From Parachlamydiales bacterium (GTDB lineage: Bacteria > Chlamydiota > Chlamydiia > Chlamydiales > Rhabdochlamydiaceae): DNA of 64,000 nt. Position numbers and translations under genes: made by a program. This document shows positions 9,957 through 18,601 of the stretch, piece by piece. How positions within the stretch are numbered: position 1 is the stretch's first letter; each line of letters starts with the position of its first letter. The stretch is from positions 1,792,001 to 1,856,000 of the forward strand of contig OY970065.1 of NCBI GenBank assembly GCA_963705295.1, in the 5' to 3' direction. Under the pieces are notes generated by a model. It was not told the origin of the DNA. It saw only the letters and a program-made list of their open reading frames with translations, and did no database searches.

Positions 9957-10815
9957 TGAACTTACCCAAAATACCCCTGAATGGTTCGAATTTCGTCGTA
10001 CAAAGATAGGAGCTAGTGATGCACCCATTATAATGGAAGTATCACCTTGGAAAACTCCTTTTCAGCTCTGGCTTGAAAAAACTAGAATGACTCTACAAGA
10101 AACTGCACCTCATCAAATGCGGGGAATTGAGTTAGAGAAACTAGCCAGACATGTATTCGAAAAGAAAACGGGGATGATCATGAATCCAAAGGTTGTTTTG
10201 CATCCTACGTTGGATTGGATGATGGCAAGTCTAGATGGTATTGATGGAAACGCCGTTTTGGAAATCAAATGTCCCGGTCAAAATGACCATGAAATAGCCA
10301 AAAATGGAAAAATTCCTGAAAAATATATTCCGCAAATTCAGCACCAACTGGCTGTAACTAGTTTGAATTTGGCCTATTACTTTAGCTTTGATGGAAGTGA
10401 TGGTATCGTTGTCGAAGTGGGTAGGGATGATAGGTACATTGAGCGGATGATATGTAAAGAACTGGCTTTTTGGAAGTGTATCGAAACATGTACACCACCT
10501 CCTCTGAATGATCGTGATTTTGTAAGGCGTAATGATTTTTCTTGGATTGAAACCTCACAAAAATGGCTAAAACTACAAAAAAAGCTTACAGAACTAGAAC
10601 ATGAGGAAAAATCTTTACGCGAGACATTGATCCAAATGGCCGAAAATCAAAGCTGTTTTGGCGGTGGAATTCGGCTTACAAGGTCTTTGCGAAAAGGGAA
10701 TATTCAGTACTCACAAATACAAGAACTCAAAGAAATTGATCTAGAAAAGTACAGAAACGCGCCGAGTGAATATTGGAGACTTTCTGCTATTGAGCAACAA
10801 AAGCCTGACAAATAA
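9949..10815 (+). CDS. YqaJ viral recombinase family (lambda exonuclease-like) protein
   Basis: EW...R...IGASD, PWKTP.QLW.EK, MASLDG, LEIKCP and Y.PQ.QHQL motifs. The start at 9949 overlaps the upstream gene by 8 nt. Confidence 0.9.
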   Translation: MNDELTQNTPEWFEFRRTKIGASDAPIIMEVSPWKTPFQLWLEKTRMTLQETAPHQMRGIELEKLARHVFEKKTGMIMNPKVVLHPTLDWMMASLDGIDGNAVLEIKCPGQNDHEIAKNGKIPEKYIPQIQHQLAVTSLNLAYYFSFDGSDGIVVEVGRDDRYIERMICKELAFWKCIETCTPPPLNDRDFVRRNDFSWIETSQKWLKLQKKLTELEHEEKSLRETLIQMAENQSCFGGGIRLTRSLRKGNIQYSQIQELKEIDLEKYRNAPSEYWRLSAIEQQKPDK

Positions 10816-10829
10816 TGCTGCCAAAAGCA

Positions 10830-10858
10830 TTGACTCTTCTAGAGTCGTGCGATAATCT
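10830..10858 (+). promoter_or_regulatory. Putative sigma70/sigma66 promoter for the beta-lactamase gene
   Basis: TTGACT-17 bp-TAATCT ending 10 nt before the ATG at 10869. Confidence 0.5.
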
Positions 10859-10868
10859 ATGTCCGACT

Positions 10869-11591
10869 ATGAAAGTGTGCTATTTTATTTTCTTTTTTTC
10901 TTCGCTTTTTATTTACGGAACTGAGGAGAATTTCATTCTCATGGATGGTACGACTGGGCAAACCATCCAAGAACTCGGCCGGGTCGATGAACGAATGACA
11001 CCTGGCTCAACTTTTAAAATTGCGCTTAGCCTGATGGGATTTGACCGCGGAATCTTAAAAGATCAGGAGAATCCGATTTGGCCTTTTCATAAGGGTTACG
11101 ACGATTTTTTAGAGTCATGGAAATGTCCGCAAACTCCCCAGTCATGGATGAAAACGTCTTGTGTTTGGTATTCACGACTTCTAGCCAATCAACTCGGTTT
11201 CTACTACCTTTTATCCTATGTAGGAGCCTTCGACTATGGCAATCTAGATGCTTCAGACCCCGATTCTTGGTTAAACTCTACTCTTAAGATCTCTCCTCGC
11301 GAACAAGTTGTTTTTATTAAAAAAATGGTTCAAGAAGAGCTTCCCGTTTCCCGCTATGCAATTCAAATGACAAAACAACTCGTTTTCATCGATGCATTCC
11401 ACAAGTGGAAATTATTCGGAAAAACAGGACAGGGCTCCATTGATGGTCACGAACTTGGCTGGTTTGTCGGCTGGATCGAAAAAGATAACCGCTTCTATCC
11501 ATTTGCCTATACGATCCGCGACACAAAAATCGATCTTTCTAAGCGAATCCCCCGAGTCAAAGAGTTGCTGATGGAGCACCTCATTTTCTGA
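10869..11591 (+). CDS. Class D (OXA-type) beta-lactamase / penicillin-binding transpeptidase fold
   Basis: STFK, SCV, YGN, KTG and GWFVGW motifs; signal-peptide-like N-terminus. Confidence 0.88.
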   Translation: MKVCYFIFFFSSLFIYGTEENFILMDGTTGQTIQELGRVDERMTPGSTFKIALSLMGFDRGILKDQENPIWPFHKGYDDFLESWKCPQTPQSWMKTSCVWYSRLLANQLGFYYLLSYVGAFDYGNLDASDPDSWLNSTLKISPREQVVFIKKMVQEELPVSRYAIQMTKQLVFIDAFHKWKLFGKTGQGSIDGHELGWFVGWIEKDNRFYPFAYTIRDTKIDLSKRIPRVKELLMEHLIF

Positions 11592-11654
11592 CCGTCTGGA
11601 TCCCAAACAATCTTTTACCCAGAGTTCCACCGCAAAATTTTTGGATACATGGAT

Positions 11655-11765
11655 TGGGTCGATTATTCTTAAGTAGTTAATAAACAATGTGTTAAATTAA
11701 ACCATCCTTTTTCAAGTGAGTTAATTGGGTTAAATAAATTAACGAAAATTGACCCATATAACCCA
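11655..11765. promoter_or_regulatory. Array of about seven TG(G/A/T)GT(T/C)AA-like octamers in both orientations (putative operator)
   Basis: tgggtcga 11655, tgtgttaa 11688, ttaaacca 11697, tgagttaa 11717, tgggttaa 11726, ttgaccca 11749, ataaccca 11758. Confidence 0.4.
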
Positions 11766-11798
11766 TCCATGTTAGAATGAAAAATTGGAGGACAAGCT

Positions 11799-13136
11799 AT
11801 GAAATTTCCAGAGGCTGAATCATCTACTCTAGAGTTTAAGCAGGAAATGCCCAAAAACGATCAAATCGTTAAGACTGTAATTGGATTCTGCAATCAGAAT
11901 GGCGGGAAATTGGTGATTGGAGTGACTGATCATGGTCATATCGTTGGAGTTTCTCCAGAGACAGCCGCCGATGCAATTGAGTCTTTAAGTAAAGCAATTT
12001 ACGATGCGTCAACCCCATCAATTTTACCTCTTGTCTATACTCAAACAGTCCATGACAAAACGTTACTTGTTATAGAAGTTTCCTCAGGCACCAATAAACC
12101 TTACTATATTAAATCGGAGGGGTTAGAAAAGGGGACCTATGTTCGATTAGCCACTATGACAATGCGAGCCTCAGCTGATTTGATCGAAGAGCTGAAATGG
12201 CAGGCACGTGGAAAATCTTACGATATGATGCCCGTTTACAAGACGACGGAAAATGATTTAGATCAAGAGAAGATAAAAGAATTTATTCGGTCCAGAAAGA
12301 GTGAAAAAAAAGCAAAGATTTCACATGAGCTTTTAAGTTCATACTATCTGATCACTCAAGAGCATGCCCATATCTATGCAACTACAGCAGGAATTCTTTT
12401 ATTTGGTAGACAACCTCAATACTTTTTCACTGAAGCTATGATTATCTGTAGCCATTTTAAAAGGAACGAAGGAAGAGAGTCACTGGCCTCTATCGATTGC
12501 AATGGCACCTTATTTGAACAGTTTGAGAGAGCTTACGATTTTATCGTGAGCCGATTGTCCAAAGCTTTTACTATTGAAGGGCCTCGTCGCAAAGAAGTTC
12601 TCGAAATCCCACCTCAAGCTATTCGTGAAGCACTTCTAAATATGATTGTCCATAGAAATTACCATCAAAAAAGTCCTTCAAAAATTGCGATTTATCAAAA
12701 CCGGATTGAATTTTTCAGCCCGGGAACATTTTTTGGACCGCTGAATCCTCAGAACTTAAAAATGGGTCTTAGCTTCATTAGAAATGCTGCCATCTGTAAA
12801 GCTTTCCGCGAGGCTGAATATATTGAAAAAATGGGAACAGGATTTATCACGATTTTTAAAGCTTATGAAGAGAGAAACTTAAAAACACCTTCGATCATCG
12901 AAGGAGAAGGTTTCGTCAAATGTATCTTGCCAAGAGAACCAATCATACAAGCTATTCAAGATGAGCTACAGCCCATTTTAGCCTTATTTGATCTGGTAAG
13001 AGAACTCACCATTTCAGATGTCATAAAAAGTCTTGGACTTGCAAGAACAACTGCTGGTAGGAGACTAGATACCCTCGTAAAACTCGGCAAAATCAAAAAA
13101 AGGGGTAAAGGAAGAGGCACCGTGTATCTTTTATGA
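11799..13136 (+). CDS. Schlafen/AlbA_2 domain + HATPase_c_4-like domain + C-terminal winged HTH protein
   Basis: ESSTLEFK, F.NQNGGKL.IGV.D, REALLNMIVHRNY, EKMGTG and the C-terminal GKGRGTVY. Confidence 0.87.
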   Translation: MKFPEAESSTLEFKQEMPKNDQIVKTVIGFCNQNGGKLVIGVTDHGHIVGVSPETAADAIESLSKAIYDASTPSILPLVYTQTVHDKTLLVIEVSSGTNKPYYIKSEGLEKGTYVRLATMTMRASADLIEELKWQARGKSYDMMPVYKTTENDLDQEKIKEFIRSRKSEKKAKISHELLSSYYLITQEHAHIYATTAGILLFGRQPQYFFTEAMIICSHFKRNEGRESLASIDCNGTLFEQFERAYDFIVSRLSKAFTIEGPRRKEVLEIPPQAIREALLNMIVHRNYHQKSPSKIAIYQNRIEFFSPGTFFGPLNPQNLKMGLSFIRNAAICKAFREAEYIEKMGTGFITIFKAYEERNLKTPSIIEGEGFVKCILPREPIIQAIQDELQPILALFDLVRELTISDVIKSLGLARTTAGRRLDTLVKLGKIKKRGKGRGTVYLL

Positions 13137-13676
13137 ATAGAGATGGGTATTTTCAAGTTGAAGAAGGGCCGACACAATACTTTGCTTTGAATACTCTTTT
13201 CGATCGATTCTACCTTTCGTAAGAATGCCAATGATACCTTCTGTAGATCCGAGCATCGTATTGGAGGTGATCCCCTGGTGGAGGCAGGCCTGAGAGAGAT
13301 CCATTTTTTTCTCCAAAATCAGGTCGATAAGGCGCCTGGGTATTTCAAAACCCATGGAGAGGCCTGTATAGTAATGAACTCCATCGTAAATGCAGCAAAC
13401 TGTCGTGATTAAAAAGCCTGTTTTGGTGCCGTCGGCTTCCATGATCCCTCCTTCGATCCCAAAGCTATAATGGCACCCTTGACACTCTTGGAAGGCATTT
13501 TTGGCTCGATTTTTTGCTCCTTGGATGGTCGTCTGAAGGGAGAGTGGTTGGTCCGGAACATCGGAAGGTGAGGCATAAGAAAAAATCTTCGCCTCAGCAA
13601 ATATCGAGAAATCTCTGATAACTTCTGTGACAGCAAGAACTTTCACACGATTTGTTGAACCAATGGCGATGATCAT
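13131..13676 (-). CDS. yjjX: Inosine/xanthosine triphosphatase (YjjX family)
   Basis: GSTN.VK, S.V.DQP, GA.NRA, GIEGG and GIIGILT.G..DR motifs. Confidence 0.88.
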   Translation of the reverse strand: MIIAIGSTNRVKVLAVTEVIRDFSIFAEAKIFSYASPSDVPDQPLSLQTTIQGAKNRAKNAFQECQGCHYSFGIEGGIMEADGTKTGFLITTVCCIYDGVHYYTGLSMGFEIPRRLIDLILEKKMDLSQACLHQGITSNTMLGSTEGIIGILTKGRIDRKEYSKQSIVSALLQLENTHLYS

Positions 13677-13693
13677 GATCGTAAAATATTACA

Positions 13694-14368
13694 TTAACAG
13701 ATCTTAATTTCAAGAGTCTGGGGGTTGACTTGGATGTAAAGCATTTCACCTTTGTCAAAATGTTTCGCGTCTTTCATTTCAACGCCTTTGATCCGAGATA
13801 CAACTTGTGCAGAGGATTGATCTTTGAGGGGACCGAAAAGGGTTTCAATTTGTTGAAGATTCAATACCGATCTCATCGCCCCATCATGGGAGGCACAAAC
13901 GACCGTTTTCCCGACATACTCTGAAGAAATGCTAAGAATAAATCGTCTCATCCGATCGATCACTTCACAATCGGTTTCTGCGCCATCTGCTTGCTGGGAG
14001 ATGATTTTTTCTAATCGACTTAATTTCGAATACCCTTTCCATGAAGGATGGACTTTCCAGTCTTCACTTAGAAAACCTGTCAAAGAGCCGTGATCGAGTT
14101 CATTCAAAGCATTTTGTACAACAATAGGAAGATTTAATTTTTGTGCTAGGGGACGGACCGTCTCGAGTGTTCGAAGATACGGAGAAGAAAAAATCGCGGC
14201 TACATGCTGATCGGAAAATTTCTCATATAACGTTTGAGCTTTATCTCGACTCTCTTCCGTGAGCCCTGTGTCGAGTTCAGATCCTGGAACGGATCCGCCG
14301 CATAAAACTTTCCCTTTTGCTGGAAGCTTGGGTTCAAAATGCCGTATAAAATAGATATTACAAACCAT
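13694..14368 (-). CDS. Histidine phosphatase family protein
   Basis: YFIRH, SSPYLRT.ET, LNELDHG and SHDG motifs. Confidence 0.82.
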   Translation of the reverse strand: MVCNIYFIRHFEPKLPAKGKVLCGGSVPGSELDTGLTEESRDKAQTLYEKFSDQHVAAIFSSPYLRTLETVRPLAQKLNLPIVVQNALNELDHGSLTGFLSEDWKVHPSWKGYSKLSRLEKIISQQADGAETDCEVIDRMRRFILSISSEYVGKTVVCASHDGAMRSVLNLQQIETLFGPLKDQSSAQVVSRIKGVEMKDAKHFDKGEMLYIQVNPQTLEIKIC

Positions 14369-14434
14369 AGGTTGATTATTATACCATAATTGATCATTTA
14401 TATAAATTTTTGCAAATCTCTTATTGTTAATAAT

Positions 14435-14986
14435 TTAAGACGGATTAAAAGAGCAGTTGATGAGATGATCATTGACGAGGCCGACGGCTTGCATGAAGGC
14501 ATAGATGATCGTGGGGCCGACAAAGGTCATCCCCCGTTTTTTGAGATCTTTTGATAGGGCGATACTCTCGGGAGAGGTTGCAGGGATTTCTTTTAGATTT
14601 CTCCATTTATTTCGGATCGGTTTTCCCCCGACAAAATTCCAAAGATAGGTGTCAAAAGAACCAAATTCTTTCTGGATCTGTAGAAAAACTTGGGCATTTT
14701 GCCGGGCTGCAAAGATCTTCAATCGATTTCGGATGATCCTTTCGTCCTTGCATAACGATTCCAGTTCACCATCGGTCATCGAGGCAACTTTTTTGGGATC
14801 AAAATGATGGAAGAGTTTTCTGTAAGAAGGCCGTCTTCGGAGGATGGTTTCCCAGCTAAGACCGGCCTGAGCACCTTCCAAGATCAACATTTCGAACAGA
14901 TGCCGGTCATCATGGACAGGAATCCCCCATTCGTTGTCATGATACTCGGCATAAATCTCTTTTCCTTCACCAAAACATCGATTCAT
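14435..14986 (-). CDS. tag: DNA-3-methyladenine glycosylase I
   Basis: YHDNEWG, LEGAQAGLSW, IIRNRLKI and FVGPTIIYAFMQAVGLVNDH..C. Confidence 0.96.
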   Translation of the reverse strand: MNRCFGEGKEIYAEYHDNEWGIPVHDDRHLFEMLILEGAQAGLSWETILRRRPSYRKLFHHFDPKKVASMTDGELESLCKDERIIRNRLKIFAARQNAQVFLQIQKEFGSFDTYLWNFVGGKPIRNKWRNLKEIPATSPESIALSKDLKKRGMTFVGPTIIYAFMQAVGLVNDHLINCSFNPS

Positions 14987-15831
14987 AGATCGGGATACCG
15001 TTTTACAAGGGTTTCTTTCATTTCACACACCACCCGCTTTATCTCTTTTTCGGGAGAGAGCTGAATGATCTCATCTTTTACGATTCTGCCGAGGTCGATT
15101 TGGATGGCTTGGCCGTCGACAAAACCGTAGTTGTTATGAAGCGTTTGAATCCGGTCGGTGTATCCTTTTTTTGCACGGGATACGAAGAGGTTCCGTAGTT
15201 GAAGAACGGCCTCTTTGGCTTTTAACACTTCTCCTTGTTGGAGTAACTTGTCTAAATATGCGAAAACGAGAATGGCTTTCTTTTGTAAAACAAAAGGGGT
15301 TTGCTTGAGATCGATCGTATAAGATTTTCCTTTTTGGTCGATCAGCTGCAACGGTTGATTAAGCTCCGTTGATGCGCTCAGATGGACATAAACCAACCCT
15401 GACTCTTCTCGAAGGTGATCGAACCCTATTTCATACCGTTTAAAAAGTTTCTCGAGTCTTTCTCTTTTTTTAAAATAAGCATGGGAAATCCACTTGAGTG
15501 ATATGAGCCGTTTTAGCCGTTTATAATCACGGAATTTACTTTTCTTGAGAACGGGGCGCGGATTGAAAAGTTTGAGGATGTACCGACCGTCTTCGCTTTC
15601 AAAGGCCGTCATTTGTTTCCCATGGCCGCAATAAACAAACGTTTGTTTTAGGATATGGGAGACTTCTGCTTGGGATGTCGCCGGCCCTTCTCTAGTGAGG
15701 ATAAACGGATGAGAAAATTGATCGGGTTTAAATTCTCGGTGGGTGTAGAGATACAAAAGATGGCCAATTCCAACCACCGCCACACAGAGAAGACTATAGA
15801 GAAAACCTTTTTTTAAAGAAGAGCCATTCAT
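14983..15831 (-). CDS. Membrane-anchored hypothetical protein with kinase-like remnants
   Basis: N-terminal hydrophobic helix. G.G.Q..AF.S.DG.YILK, NNYGF and IDLG segments recall a kinase-like fold. Confidence 0.55.
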   Translation of the reverse strand: MNGSSLKKGFLYSLLCVAVVGIGHLLYLYTHREFKPDQFSHPFILTREGPATSQAEVSHILKQTFVYCGHGKQMTAFESEDGRYILKLFNPRPVLKKSKFRDYKRLKRLISLKWISHAYFKKRERLEKLFKRYEIGFDHLREESGLVYVHLSASTELNQPLQLIDQKGKSYTIDLKQTPFVLQKKAILVFAYLDKLLQQGEVLKAKEAVLQLRNLFVSRAKKGYTDRIQTLHNNYGFVDGQAIQIDLGRIVKDEIIQLSPEKEIKRVVCEMKETLVKRYPDL

Positions 15832-16267
15832 TTTTTTCTCTCTTTTTCAAACGGACAAGATTAAAGATGCCCTTCAATTTTCTCCCTTTTAAAGTAAAAT
15901 GAAAAGCCCCTTTTTCGATCCCTTCTTTCACGCTCGTTTCAACCGAATAGGTTCCTTTATCCCAGATCGACACTGTCCCAGCTCCATAACCGGATGGAAT
16001 CGTTCCTTCAAAATCTTTATAATCATACGGATGGTCTTCCACCATGATTGCGAGTCTTTTGACCTCAGGGTCATTCGATGGTTTCTTAGGAATCGCCCAG
16101 CTCTTCAAAACCCCTTCCACTTCGAGTCTCAAATCGTAATGCAAATGCGATGCATGGTGCTCCTGAATGACAAAGATGAGGCTTTTTCCTTTTGCTTTCC
16201 TTACCTTTGCTGCAGGCTCTCTCGAAACTTTTAAGTTTCTTTTTCTTTTGTACTTCGTTAGCTTCAT
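15794..16267 (-). CDS. Stand-alone LigD 3'-phosphoesterase (PE) domain
   Basis: Y..KR.....EP, FVIQEHHASHLHYDLRLE, LKSWAIPK, RLA..VEDHP..Y..FEG.IP and YGAG.V.IWD.G. Confidence 0.93.
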   Translation of the reverse strand: MKLTKYKRKRNLKVSREPAAKVRKAKGKSLIFVIQEHHASHLHYDLRLEVEGVLKSWAIPKKPSNDPEVKRLAIMVEDHPYDYKDFEGTIPSGYGAGTVSIWDKGTYSVETSVKEGIEKGAFHFTLKGRKLKGIFNLVRLKKREKNEWLFFKKRFSL

Positions 16268-16295
16268 GGTATCCTCTGTGGTAAAAAAAATCTTA

Positions 16296-18350
16296 TCAGT
16301 TACGGTAAAAGAGTCTTAAAATTTTGGAGATGAACGAAAGAAAAGGATGAAGGGTGTCTATGAAACGGGAAACTTCACGGTTTTGGGACCGATGGGCTGC
16401 TTCTTTGAAAGAGTTCATGTTTTTAAGAATGTAAATGTAATAAAATAGGCCTAAGAGATTCTGGGTTGTTTGCAAAAAGAGATGAGCTGCTGAAAGATGG
16501 CCCCTCAAAAGCGCATCGATTGTGTAGCTCTTCAGGGTTTTCACAGACTTGATGTTGCATCCCCGTCTCAGCAAGTGAGCGACAATTTTATCTAACGGAT
16601 CTGCATTTATGCAATGGTCTTCGAAATATTTTTCCAGCTCAGCTTGAAGCGGCGCATCTCTTTCAAAATCTTTTCCTATTTCTCTGACGATTGTAGCAAC
16701 AACGACCTGTTTTTTGGCTTTAATATAGGAAGAGCTCCCAATGATATGCAAAGGTTGTTTTAAATCAATACTAGCGATGAAACGTTCTAAGTCAGAGGGT
16801 GGTACGCGTTGGAAAAGCCTTTCTATTTCAGCGGCTTTAGAGACATTAAAGATCTTTTGTGTGATCAGAAGTTCAGCAATGGCAGGAAATTCACATGCAG
16901 CTTCAGAAGCCGAGCGCAAATCGGATTCGGGACTGATGTTTTTCAACGCATATTCAACAATAGATGTCTCTCCCGTTTCGCAGGCGTATTTGAGCTCATG
17001 GGGGTCAGGCGGTGCCGATTTTACTCGATCTTCATTACGAGCTCGCTCGATTAATTTGAGGTTTTTAGTTTTATAAGCAGCTCTCAACAAATCAGAGGGT
17101 GTGAGGGCATTTTCTAAGAATAAATGTGGAGTGAGATTATCTAAGATTAATTCTACCAATTGTTCGAAATGGTTTTGTTTTTCTGCCTCCAGCAACACGG
17201 TGCGTAAAAGGGTCGGATCATCCAATTGAAAAAGGCGTATTTGCAAAAGCGTCCTAAACACATTGAAATTATAGGTCTTACATGCAGCTCGAGTTGCTGC
17301 GAGGATATTACAACACCCTCGATCAATGATTCTGAATGCAAAGTCGACAACGGTATGGTTTCCTGTCTCCCCTGTTTCAAGGGCAAAAGCGAGTTCACCA
17401 CTGATCGGGTTGTTTTTTACATCCAGTCTATCTCTCCAAATTGTTATGTAAGCAACATCTTGCGTCGAATAGGCTTCTTTTAGGATTTCTGCGGAATCAC
17501 AGGGTAACGTGAGCGCAAAGTTTAAAATCTTGGTCCTCAGCTCCGAGGGCTCCATGCGATGAATACCCCTCACTAACCTATAATCGAGTCTTAAACCCTG
17601 AATTTCACGCAAACTAGAAATCACATGTTGTAAAATAATTTCGGTATTCGATGCATGGACTGCAATAAAGATATAGAGTTGATTTTCTGCATAATATTTT
17701 TGACGCGACTCTAAATCACAATATCCTTCGATTTTCTTGACAAAGTCTAAATTCCCCTGGCGCAAAGTGGGACATAAAAAGGAAAGTAAGATGTCGCCAT
17801 CGAGTTTTGATCTGTATTCTTTTTCAACTTGAAGGTTGTCGCGTAGTGCGGCTTCAATGACACAACTCACCATGCGGAGTTGTTTTCTCTGACTCGCTGC
17901 TTTGCCCCAGTTAATCAGAGTCGATAAGGGCCACCAAGGCGGAGGATTCGATGTTGTCGCGCGTTGCAGACGGTATTGTAAAAGTTCCAAACTTCTCAAA
18001 CCCACAATGATGTTCACGGGATATTCACGGAAATCAGGTATAAATCCCACCAACATTCTTAAACCAGGGAGTTCTGCTTTAAAGGGTATAAAAAAATATC
18101 CTTGATCTTCCTTCTTCCAAATACGAAAAGTTTCGCGCAAATTTTCCACAGTGGCTTTCAGTTCAGCTCCTAGTCTCTCATTGGGAATATCGGCAGGCAG
18201 GTCGAGCTTCAGCCTTCTCTCAAATTCTCTTAAAACAACGATATTTGTCAGCCTATCCGCTCGAGAGAGTGCAATCAAACTTCGGTTATCTAAAAATCTG
18301 AAAAAATAAGCCCGTATCTCCGCAGGCATCGTCGAAAAACTCAGCGCCAT
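16296..18350 (-). CDS. F-box-like protein with degenerate helical/ankyrin-like repeats (candidate effector)
   Basis: The N-terminal MPAEIRAYFFRFLDNRSLIALSRADR fits the F-box consensus. There is an internal duplication around ETGET. Confidence 0.6.
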   Translation of the reverse strand: MALSFSTMPAEIRAYFFRFLDNRSLIALSRADRLTNIVVLREFERRLKLDLPADIPNERLGAELKATVENLRETFRIWKKEDQGYFFIPFKAELPGLRMLVGFIPDFREYPVNIIVGLRSLELLQYRLQRATTSNPPPWWPLSTLINWGKAASQRKQLRMVSCVIEAALRDNLQVEKEYRSKLDGDILLSFLCPTLRQGNLDFVKKIEGYCDLESRQKYYAENQLYIFIAVHASNTEIILQHVISSLREIQGLRLDYRLVRGIHRMEPSELRTKILNFALTLPCDSAEILKEAYSTQDVAYITIWRDRLDVKNNPISGELAFALETGETGNHTVVDFAFRIIDRGCCNILAATRAACKTYNFNVFRTLLQIRLFQLDDPTLLRTVLLEAEKQNHFEQLVELILDNLTPHLFLENALTPSDLLRAAYKTKNLKLIERARNEDRVKSAPPDPHELKYACETGETSIVEYALKNISPESDLRSASEAACEFPAIAELLITQKIFNVSKAAEIERLFQRVPPSDLERFIASIDLKQPLHIIGSSSYIKAKKQVVVATIVREIGKDFERDAPLQAELEKYFEDHCINADPLDKIVAHLLRRGCNIKSVKTLKSYTIDALLRGHLSAAHLFLQTTQNLLGLFYYIYILKNMNSFKEAAHRSQNREVSRFIDTLHPFLSFISKILRLFYRN

Positions 18351-18437
18351 GGAACTAGTATATCACATCGAAAACTAAACAGACTGACAAGAGGTTTTTT
18401 TAGCGAGTAAAAATTATCCTATTCACTTTCAGGGGAT

Positions 18438-18592
18438 AACAGGATATGCAGGATCGCCCCGAAGAAAAGACCCGAAGAAAAGATAGGGGCGGCAAGATAT
18501 GCAGGATGGTAAATTCTTTCTTATCATGCCTATCCTGCCGCCCCTATCTTTTCTTCGGGGCTTTTCTTCGGGGCGATCCTGCATATCCTGTT
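18438..18592. repeat. Long intergenic palindrome (70 bp arms), CAGGAT repeat family
   Basis: Arms 18438-18507 and 18523-18592 match at 66/70 positions and contain a tandem cccgaagaaaaga. Confidence 0.9.
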
Positions 18593-18601
18593 CTCTTTAT
18601 C

